A DNA stretch of 64,000 nucleotides. It comes from Syntrophomonadaceae bacterium. Lineage in GTDB: Bacteria; Bacillota; Syntrophomonadia; Syntrophomonadales; Syntrophomonadaceae. The stretch is taken from positions 37,204 through 101,203 of the forward strand of contig JBMNOY010000001.1 of the NCBI GenBank assembly GCA_050943315.1. Direction: 5' to 3'. This document shows, one piece after another, positions 57,263 to 64,000 of this stretch. Both the position numbers and the translations under genes were made by a program. The stretch's first letter is position 1. Every line of letters begins with the position of its first letter. A model generated the notes under the pieces. The model saw nothing but the letters and a program-made list of their open reading frames with translations, had not been told where the DNA came from and did no database searches.

Positions 57263-58036
57263 TTGATAAACAAGGTAGAAATATGCGGCGTAAATACCTC
57301 CCGATTACCAGTATTGAAAAACGATGAAATGAGAAACCTCTTCAAACAAATCCAAACCGAAGGAAATAGCGAAGCCCGGGAAAAACTAATTCAGGGTAAC
57401 CTGAGGTTGGTATTAAGCGTAATTCAAAGGTTCAGCAACCGTGGAGAATATGTGGATGATCTTTTCCAGGTAGGTTGTATAGGCTTAATAAAAGCCATCG
57501 ACAATTTTGACTTAACCCAAAACGTAAGGTTTTCCACCTATGCCGTTCCTATGATTATAGGTGAGATAAGACGGTATTTAAGAGATAATAACCCGGTAAG
57601 GGTATCCCGGTCATTACGGGATATCGCCTATCGAGCCTTACAGGTACGCGAGAAGTTATTATCGGATAATTCATCTGAACCGACTATTGCCCAGATTGCT
57701 GAACAACTGGAAGTCCCCCGGGAGGAAGTGGTATTTGCCCTGGATGCCATTCAGGAACCAGTTTCACTATTTGAACCAATATACAATGATGGGGGAGACC
57801 CCATACTGGTAATGGACCAAATTAGTGATGAAAAGAATTCAGATGACCTCTGGCTAGAGGAGATTTCTATCAAGGAAGCCATGAAAAAACTGAACGAACG
57901 TGAAAAACTGATTGTATCACTGCGTTTTTTCAATGGTAAGACACAAATGGAGGTGGCAGACGAAATAGGCATATCCCAGGCGCAGGTATCCCGGTTGGAA
58001 AAGGCAGCACTGAAACAGTTAAGAAAATATGTATAA
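57263..58036 (+). CDS. sigG: Sporulation sigma factor SigG
   Basis: NKVEICGVNTSRLPVLKNDEMRNLF parallels the B. subtilis SigG N-terminus as I recall it. TTG-57263 follows GAAGAGGTGA. The ORF-track ATG-57200 would add an unsupported extension of about 21 aa. Confidence 0.93.
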   Translation: MINKVEICGVNTSRLPVLKNDEMRNLFKQIQTEGNSEAREKLIQGNLRLVLSVIQRFSNRGEYVDDLFQVGCIGLIKAIDNFDLTQNVRFSTYAVPMIIGEIRRYLRDNNPVRVSRSLRDIAYRALQVREKLLSDNSSEPTIAQIAEQLEVPREEVVFALDAIQEPVSLFEPIYNDGGDPILVMDQISDEKNSDDLWLEEISIKEAMKKLNEREKLIVSLRFFNGKTQMEVADEIGISQAQVSRLEKAALKQLRKYV

Positions 58037-58065
58037 TAACAAGTACGAAAACCGACGGTTAGGGG

Positions 58066-58224
58066 GTGCGGCAAATTAAATCAAACCTTTTGGTGGTATT
58101 TCTAATGGCAATAATTCTGGCTTTAATTGTACCGCTGGCTATGAGCTGGTATAGTACGGAAAAGGCATTTACCCCGGGTAACTTAATTACCGTGCATACC
58201 GTCTCTGCCCTACCGGCACCTTAA
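58066..58224 (+). CDS. Possible small membrane protein (40-52 aa), below the ORF-track cut-off
   Basis: The open frame reads VRQIKSNLLVVFLMAIILALIVPLAMSWYSTEKAFTPGNLITVHTVSALPAP and has one TM helix. The start is ambiguous (GTG-58066 or ATG-58105). It ends before a strong terminator. Confidence 0.3.
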   Translation: MRQIKSNLLVVFLMAIILALIVPLAMSWYSTEKAFTPGNLITVHTVSALPAP

Positions 58225-58250
58225 TAGAAAGCTATATTATTTTACGGTGA

Positions 58251-58282
58251 AAAACAGTCCTGAAAACCCAGGACTGTTTTTT
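58251..58282 (+). terminator. Rho-independent terminator
   Basis: A 12-bp perfect stem joins aaaacagtcctg (58251-58262) and caggactgtttt (58269-58280). A T-run follows. Confidence 0.75.
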
Positions 58283-58336
58283 GTGTTAATATTATTCTAT
58301 TACATGGCGAATTCATAAAAACCAGGAGGACAATCT

Positions 58337-59698
58337 ATGAACACACACTCTGCCGACACCGTCAGGCTCGTATGGAGCAGTAAAGGACATACAACCGATT
58401 CATCTGATGTAAAACTCATCAATGTTGAACGAGTTGTTCCGCGAGCCATTGCCGATGTGAATGGCATGGGCTTCTTTGATGGCCCAACGGACAGACCTGC
58501 TGAGATCTCTAATCGGGTCATCCAGGGAGACAATTTGCCCATAATGCAGGCATTGCTGGATGAAGGTTATGCAGGATGCATAAATGTTATTTACATAGAT
58601 CCTCCTTATTTTAGCGATGTAGACTACTGGTCCAATGTGCAGGTGGGAAGTGGCGAAAACCAGAAACTGGTACAAAGGAAAGCCTTTCAGGACACCTGGG
58701 AAAAAGGGATTGATTCTTATCTGGATATGTTGTACCCACGGCTTAAGCTGATGAAGAAACTTTTGGCTGATGACGGCACTATCTTTGTCCACCTGGACTG
58801 GCATGTCAGCCACTATGTAAAAGTGATTATGGACGAACTGTTTTCCCCCGGAAAACTCATAAACGAAATAGTATGGTGCTATGGCGGCGGCAGTGGAGCC
58901 AAACGCCATTTTCATCGTAAACACGACACTATTTTCTGGTATAGCAAAGGTGATAATTACACCTTTAATCCCCAATACCGCCCTTATACCCACGGTACCC
59001 TGGAAAGAGGACTCACGCGTGTAAAAGGGGACAGGTATAAATTAAATAAAAAAGGTGCTCTGATGCAGGATTGGTGGTCGGATATCAATAAAATTCTCAG
59101 TCCTACCGCCGGGGAGAATCTTAAATTTCCTACTCAGAAACCGGCTGCTCTATTACAGCGGATAATTGGGGCGGCATCTAACCCCGGAGATTGGGTGGCG
59201 GATTTTTTTGGGGGAACGGGTACTACGGCCAGTGTTTGTGCCAATATGGGCCGGAGATGGATAGTCTGTGATAATAGCGCACTGGCTCTTTTAACCACTC
59301 AGTACAGATTAATCCATGGAAACGTACCTTTTATTGTGCAACAGATACCTCTGACCAACCTTGCTGATCCGGAAAATAGACTGGAATTGCTTACTCCGGT
59401 GGTGGAGAAATATGATAGGGAAACAGTTTTAGTACGGGTGGGAATCAAATATTATTCTCCCGGAGAAATCTCTTTGCCGGAAGCAGACTTTTCTTCATAT
59501 ATAGAGTATTGGGCGGTTGACCTGGATTACCAGGGGGAGTTTACATCGGATTATCAGATAGTTCGGAAAAATCATCGCTATAAGGGAAGTCTGGATTTAA
59601 GCATTGTGGTTCGGCTGGCGGCCCGGGATAAATATTGCATGGCAGTTAAGGTATATGATGTTTTTGCTAACCATAGTATAAAAATAATTGAGTTTTAA
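58337..59698 (+). CDS. Beta-class (N6-adenine or N4-cytosine) DNA methyltransferase, solitary
   Basis: The catalytic motif IV IYIDPPY precedes the SAM motif I DFFGGTGTTA, which is the beta-class order. An extra ~110-aa C-terminal region has no recognisable motif. No restriction-enzyme-sized ORF is adjacent. Confidence 0.85.
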   Translation: MNTHSADTVRLVWSSKGHTTDSSDVKLINVERVVPRAIADVNGMGFFDGPTDRPAEISNRVIQGDNLPIMQALLDEGYAGCINVIYIDPPYFSDVDYWSNVQVGSGENQKLVQRKAFQDTWEKGIDSYLDMLYPRLKLMKKLLADDGTIFVHLDWHVSHYVKVIMDELFSPGKLINEIVWCYGGGSGAKRHFHRKHDTIFWYSKGDNYTFNPQYRPYTHGTLERGLTRVKGDRYKLNKKGALMQDWWSDINKILSPTAGENLKFPTQKPAALLQRIIGAASNPGDWVADFFGGTGTTASVCANMGRRWIVCDNSALALLTTQYRLIHGNVPFIVQQIPLTNLADPENRLELLTPVVEKYDRETVLVRVGIKYYSPGEISLPEADFSSYIEYWAVDLDYQGEFTSDYQIVRKNHRYKGSLDLSIVVRLAARDKYCMAVKVYDVFANHSIKIIEF

Positions 59699-59736
59699 TA
59701 AGTGGTAAAGTCCATACCAATGAACTTTACCACTTA
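59699..59736. terminator. Strong hairpin between convergent genes (no U-tract)
   Basis: A 13-bp stem joins taagtggtaaagt (59699-59711) and actttaccactta (59724-59736). Confidence 0.5.
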
Positions 59737-59741
59737 AGTGG

Positions 59742-59879
59742 TTACACTCTTCTTATCCGGCCCTGCTCAATTAAATGCATAATATCAGTATACTTATCAT
59801 CACCGAAATCAAGCCAAACATCTTCATAAATATTTGCATCTTTGATATCATCTGCGGTTAACTTACGCCTTGCGGTCAT
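59742..59879 (-). CDS. Small acidic protein (45 aa), below the ORF-track cut-off
   Basis: The product is MTARRKLTADDIKDANIYEDVWLDFGDDKYTDIMHLIEQGRIRRV. Its ATG immediately follows the stop of the upstream ORF (GGAGAAATGTAAATG), which suggests translational coupling. Confidence 0.3.
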   Translation of the reverse strand: MTARRKLTADDIKDANIYEDVWLDFGDDKYTDIMHLIEQGRIRRV

Positions 59880-60074
59880 TTACATTTCTCCCCCGGTTCT
59901 TGAGCCAGGGTTATGGCTCATTCGTTGTCCGAGATAAAATACACCAGCTATAGCTGCCGCATGAAGAGCCCACCATCCTGCCTCCATGAAACTAAAGGTA
60001 CCAGGGTCAATTCTATCATCGTTCATCACTCTCTTGATTACCGAGTTCTTTTGATCCCATAGACTGGATAACAT
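59880..60074 (-). CDS. Small membrane protein (64 aa)
   Basis: A strong RBS, AAAGGAGGC, lies 7 nt before the ATG. It has one hydrophobic helix, GWWALHAAAIAGVFYLG. Confidence 0.4.
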   Translation of the reverse strand: MLSSLWDQKNSVIKRVMNDDRIDPGTFSFMEAGWWALHAAAIAGVFYLGQRMSHNPGSRTGGEM

Positions 60075-60308
60075 TATGTTGCCTCCTTTGCTTAAAATTC
60101 ATTATTATTTTTTGCAAGTTAGCTGTTTTATATGGGTTATGTTTTTTAAAATTTTTGCAACCTATAAAGAACTTGCATCGAACAAGCTTTTGTGATATCA
60201 CTTGCTTTAGAGTTACATATTTGGTATCAACTGGTTAATAACTGTATAGTATAGTAATTGACCGGAAAAACGATGCCAATAATCATAGTAAACAGATGAG
60301 GTAAAGGA

Positions 60309-61400
60309 ATGGAAAGAATAGAACTGGCGGTATTATGTACCCTGCATTCTATAAAAGGAATTGGCAACCGAACATTGTTTAAAATTAAAGAGGCTTTCGG
60401 ATCATTTGCAGGATGTTTCTATGCTGATGCCGGAAAGTTGTACTCGTCTTTTCTTACTCCGGCAGTCGTTGAGGAGGTTATTAAGGCCAGAAAAAATGTT
60501 AATCCCGAGGATTTTCTGGAAGATATCCGGCAGCAAAATTATAACATTACCTGGATTGAACAAAAAGATTACCCTCAAACATTGCGTACCATAGCAGACC
60601 CACCTTATATCCTTTATTATCGAGGCGATATCAGGGTAACAGCAAACGTTTGTATAGCTTTGGTAGGTTCCCGCAATGCTACCCCCTATGGCAAAAAAGT
60701 AGCCAGAAATTTTGGACAGGAACTGGCCAATCAGAATATAGTAGTTGTAAGCGGAATGGCTAGAGGAATAGATACCGAAGCCCACTGGGGTGCACTTGCG
60801 GCCGGGGGACAGACTGTTGCAGTCCTGGGCAGCGGTTTAAACGTAATTTATCCGCGGGAAAACGAGAAACTATTTTATGAAATAAGTAATAATGGTTGTG
60901 TCATTAGTGAATTTCCACCGGCAGCATATCCAGAGCCGGGTAATTTTCCGCGCCGGAACAGAATAATAGCCGGGCTTGCCCGGGGGGTATTAATAGTAGA
61001 AGCCAAAAAGAAAAGCGGAGCTTTGATTACTGCTGATTTTGCCCTGGAACAAGGACGGGATGTGTTTGCCATACCGGGGCATATCACCAGCCCTTCTTCC
61101 GAAGGGACTAATGATTTAATAAAGCAAGGTGCTAAGATGGTTACTTGTTTACAGGATATTCTAGAGGAATACTATGATCTGCAGGCAGGAAACAATATTG
61201 CTTCTTGGCAGGAAATAGGGTTACAACTGGACAATAATGAAAAAATAATAATACAATGTATGGGTTATGAACCATTACATTTTGATGATCTCTTAAGTAT
61301 TACGAAGTTCGATATCGGGCTTCTCAGCACTATGGTATTAAACCTTGAATTTAAGGGAGTTATAAAGGGCTTGCCCGGGAATTACTATGTAAGGATTTAG
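60309..61400 (+). CDS. dprA: DNA processing protein DprA (Smf)
   Basis: Rossmann-like DprA motifs are present: ALVGSRNATPYG, SGMARGIDTEAH and FPRRNRIIAGL. Confidence 0.93.
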   Translation: MERIELAVLCTLHSIKGIGNRTLFKIKEAFGSFAGCFYADAGKLYSSFLTPAVVEEVIKARKNVNPEDFLEDIRQQNYNITWIEQKDYPQTLRTIADPPYILYYRGDIRVTANVCIALVGSRNATPYGKKVARNFGQELANQNIVVVSGMARGIDTEAHWGALAAGGQTVAVLGSGLNVIYPRENEKLFYEISNNGCVISEFPPAAYPEPGNFPRRNRIIAGLARGVLIVEAKKKSGALITADFALEQGRDVFAIPGHITSPSSEGTNDLIKQGAKMVTCLQDILEEYYDLQAGNNIASWQEIGLQLDNNEKIIIQCMGYEPLHFDDLLSITKFDIGLLSTMVLNLEFKGVIKGLPGNYYVRI

Positions 61401-61428
61401 ATGTGCAAATAGATTATTTCACGGAGAG

Positions 61429-63507
61429 GTGATATTGTTGGCAGGAACCACATTGGTTATAGTAGAATCTGCAGCAAAAGCAAAAACAATTGGGAAATTT
61501 CTGGGGAAAAATTATAAAATCAAGGCTTCGGTGGGGCATATTAAAGACCTTCCCAAGAGTAAAATGGGTATTGATATTGAAAACAATTTTGAACCCCAGT
61601 ATATAACCATTAGAGGAAAAGGAACACTTTTAAAGGAGATAAAGGAAGATTCCCAAAAGGCTTCCCGGGTACTACTGGCTACCGACCCCGACCGCGAAGG
61701 TGAAGCCATAGCCTGGCACCTGCAAAATGCTATTAAATTACCTGCTGATTCCCCCTGTAGAATAGAATTTAATGAAATAACCCAGGATGCGGTAAAAAAG
61801 GCGATAAAAAGTCCACGCTGCATAGATATAGACCGGGTAAATGCCCAACAGGCCCGCCGAGTGTTAGACAGACTGGTGGGCTATTCGATTAGTCCCCTGT
61901 TATGGAGCAAGGTGCGTAAAGGTTTAAGTGCCGGAAGGGTTCAATCAGTTGCAGTACGGCTAATATGTGAAAGAGAACAGGAAATTCAAAATTTTGTTCC
62001 TCAGGAATATTGGACTATTGAAGTTGTTCTGAACAATCAAGAGGGTAAGGCTTTTTTGTCCCGGGTAGTCTCTTTTCGTGAGGAAAAGCTGGAGATAACT
62101 AATGCCCAGCAGAAGAACGATATCTGTGATTACCTGCAAAAGGCTGATATTAGTGTAATCCGGGTGGATAAGAAGGAAAAACGCAAACGTCCCAGCCCAC
62201 CTTTCATTACCAGTACCCTTCAGCAGGAAGCATCGAAAAGACTAAACTTTTTCTCCAAACGTACCATGAAAGTTGCTCAAGAACTGTATGAAGGCCTGGA
62301 ACTGGGAAAAGCGGGAACTGTCGGTCTGATTACCTATCTTAGAACTGATTCTACGCGGGTGTCAACAGTAGCCCAGGAAGAGGCCCTGAAGTTCATAAAA
62401 GAAGAGTTTGGAGATGATTATAGTCCTCTTGCCCCTAACCAGTACAAAAGCAGGAAAACATCTCAGGATGCTCATGAAGCTATCCGTCCCACCTCCGTTT
62501 ACCGTACTCCGGAAAGCATAAAACCACATCTAAGCAGGGATCAATATCGTCTTTACAAATTGATTTGGGAACGGTTTGTGGCCAGTCAAATGACACCGGC
62601 TGTTTATGACACGGTAACAGTTGATATGGCTGCCGGAGACTATGGCTTAAGAGCAACCTCTTCCCAGATAAAGTTTAACGGCTATAAAAAAGTTTATAAT
62701 GATAATGAAGAGGAAGAAATCAAAAACCCCATTCCGGAACTCAAGGTAGATCAAAAGCTTCATATTGACGAAATTCATGATGAACAACATTTTACCCAAC
62801 CACCCCCGCGCTTTACCGAAGCCAGTCTGGTTAAGCTGCTGGAAGAGAAAAACATTGGCCGGCCCAGTACCTATGCACCGATAATCGATACCATTCTTAA
62901 ACGGAGTTATGTGGAGAGGCAGAACAAACAATTTGTTCCTACCGAGCTTGGCTTTATAGTAGTAGATTTATTAAAAGAACATTTTGCCAATATAGTAGAT
63001 GTAGAGTTCACCGCTCGTATGGAAGAAAACCTGGATAAAGTGGAGGAAGGTCAACTCGACTGGAAAAAGATAGTAAGTGATTACTATGAGCCCCTGGCAG
63101 TTAACCTGGAGAAGGCGCATAGTATGATAGAGAAAATTGAAATTAAAGATGAAGATGCCGGCAAGGACTGTCCCCAGTGCGGCCGCCCCATGGTCATAAA
63201 GCATGGTAGGTTTGGAAAATTCAGGGCTTGTTCCGGTTTTCCTGACTGTCGTTACACAGAATCACTTAATGAAGAGATTGGGGTGAACTGCCCTCTGTGC
63301 GGCGGAGATATTATAGCTCTAAAGTCCAAAAAAGGACGCAAGTTTTTTGGCTGTAAGAATTATCCGCAATGCAATTTTAGGGCATGGAACAAGCCTACCG
63401 GGGTAAAATGTCCCCAGTGTGGGGATGCTATGGTGGAGAAACCGGGCAAGAATGGCACTACCCAAATTATCTGTCAGAATGCCGAATGCAAGTATTCTCC
63501 GGCTTGA
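61429..63507 (+). CDS. topA: DNA topoisomerase I
   Basis: It has the Toprim segment LVIVESAAKAKTI...TDPDREGEAIAWH, the active-site Tyr context ITYLRTDS and three C-terminal C4 zinc ribbons (CPQCG..., CPLCGG..., CPQCG...). Confidence 0.97.
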   Translation: MILLAGTTLVIVESAAKAKTIGKFLGKNYKIKASVGHIKDLPKSKMGIDIENNFEPQYITIRGKGTLLKEIKEDSQKASRVLLATDPDREGEAIAWHLQNAIKLPADSPCRIEFNEITQDAVKKAIKSPRCIDIDRVNAQQARRVLDRLVGYSISPLLWSKVRKGLSAGRVQSVAVRLICEREQEIQNFVPQEYWTIEVVLNNQEGKAFLSRVVSFREEKLEITNAQQKNDICDYLQKADISVIRVDKKEKRKRPSPPFITSTLQQEASKRLNFFSKRTMKVAQELYEGLELGKAGTVGLITYLRTDSTRVSTVAQEEALKFIKEEFGDDYSPLAPNQYKSRKTSQDAHEAIRPTSVYRTPESIKPHLSRDQYRLYKLIWERFVASQMTPAVYDTVTVDMAAGDYGLRATSSQIKFNGYKKVYNDNEEEEIKNPIPELKVDQKLHIDEIHDEQHFTQPPPRFTEASLVKLLEEKNIGRPSTYAPIIDTILKRSYVERQNKQFVPTELGFIVVDLLKEHFANIVDVEFTARMEENLDKVEEGQLDWKKIVSDYYEPLAVNLEKAHSMIEKIEIKDEDAGKDCPQCGRPMVIKHGRFGKFRACSGFPDCRYTESLNEEIGVNCPLCGGDIIALKSKKGRKFFGCKNYPQCNFRAWNKPTGVKCPQCGDAMVEKPGKNGTTQIICQNAECKYSPA

Positions 63508-63558
63508 AAATGATAATTACCGATTAAGGCTTAGATTTTTGGGAAAAGAGGATACTAC

Positions 63559-64000
63559 ATGTCTGTAATAAACATTATTGGTGGTGGACTGGCTGGTTGT
63601 GAAGCTGCCTATTACCTGGCCAAATCGGGATTTTCGGTGCGGCTATGGGAAATGCGGCCGGAGAAGATGACACCGGTTCACCAGAGTGGAAATCTGGCCG
63701 AGTTGGTTTGCAGCAATTCACTTAAGTCCGACTTACCCGATACTGCCCAGGGTTTGCTGAAGCAGGAAATGAGACTTTTGGGTTCACTGGTATTAGAATG
63801 TGCTGAAAAGTGCCGTGTACCAGCTGGCTCTGCCCTGGCTGTGGACAGGAATCTTTTTGCTTCTTTAGTAACCGCCCGAATTGAATCCGAATCCCGTATT
63901 CAGGTCATCAGGCAGGAAGTCACCACATTGCCCGCTGATGAAGTAACCATTATTGCTACCGGGCCTCTAACTTCGGATAATCTGTGCCGTGATATTCAAA
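63559..64000 (+). CDS. trmFO: Methylenetetrahydrofolate--tRNA-(uracil54-C5)-methyltransferase TrmFO (3' end lies outside the window)
   Basis: The product starts [21 protein letters not shown] (FAD motif) and continues ...[13 protein letters not shown]. The order dprA-topA-trmFO matches Bacillus. Confidence 0.93.
   Translation, partial: MSVINIIGGGLAGCEAAYYLAKSGFSVRLWEMRPEKMTPVHQSGNLAELVCSNSLKSDLPDTAQGLLKQEMRLLGSLVLECAEKCRVPAGSALAVDRNLFASLVTARIESESRIQVIRQEVTTLPADEVTIIATGPLTSDNLCRDIQ

Noticed and set aside
58400-58993. A 197-aa minus-strand ORF antisense to the methyltransferase gene; I considered it as a possible hidden restriction or partner gene.
   Set aside because: It has no RBS and no recognisable motif, and it is fully embedded antisense to a gene with clear catalytic motifs. 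It is far too small and featureless to be an endonuclease.

Overview
This window looks like chromosomal DNA from an endospore-forming Firmicute, probably Clostridia or Peptococcaceae-like. That placement is inferred from spoIIGA-sigE-sigG, SLH proteins and copper-amine-oxidase-N 'stalk' proteins. All calls come from reading the translations and the DNA by eye; no searches or computations were run.

Layout:
- 1-14.5 kb: housekeeping genes. These are moeA (partial), a P-loop ATPase, recJ, relA, dtd, an MBL hydrolase, a hemZ-like radical SAM gene, hisS, aspS, a candidate 6S RNA, an EndoIII-like gene and an ACT-domain gene.
- 15.0-29.5 kb: dcw cell-wall/division cluster, mraZ-rsmH-ftsL-PBP-murE-murF-mraY-murD-ftsW/spoVE-murG-murC-murA.
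- 29.6-50.6 kb: a mixed-orientation accessory block of about 21 kb that interrupts the dcw cluster. It carries a DUF2935-like protein, two GNATs, a two-component system, an MFS pump and an NlpC/P60-SLH hydrolase. It also carries three 'stalk'-domain secreted proteins with different effector domains, XRE and PadR modules, an SLH-RsiV-like protein and a 13-14-repeat propeller protein.
- 51.0-58.0 kb: the rest of the division/sporulation cluster, ftsQ-DUF881-sbp-ftsA-ftsZ-spoIIGA-sigE-sigG.
- 58.3-64.0 kb: a solitary beta-class DNA methyltransferase, two tiny coupled genes, then dprA-topA-trmFO (partial).

I saw no rRNA, tRNA, CRISPR array, transposase, integrase or recognisable defence operon, and I cannot point to one clear-cut novel multi-gene system.

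The observations most worth a second look are:
- the split dcw cluster;
- a 47-nt direct repeat and a decapitated gene copy bracketing a 4.2-kb AT-rich module;
- ftsA, and probably hemZ, having only a non-canonical ATT start available behind a strong RBS;
- the orphan methyltransferase next to the sporulation sigma genes;
- a 6S-like RNA downstream of aspS;
- several unusual domain fusions.
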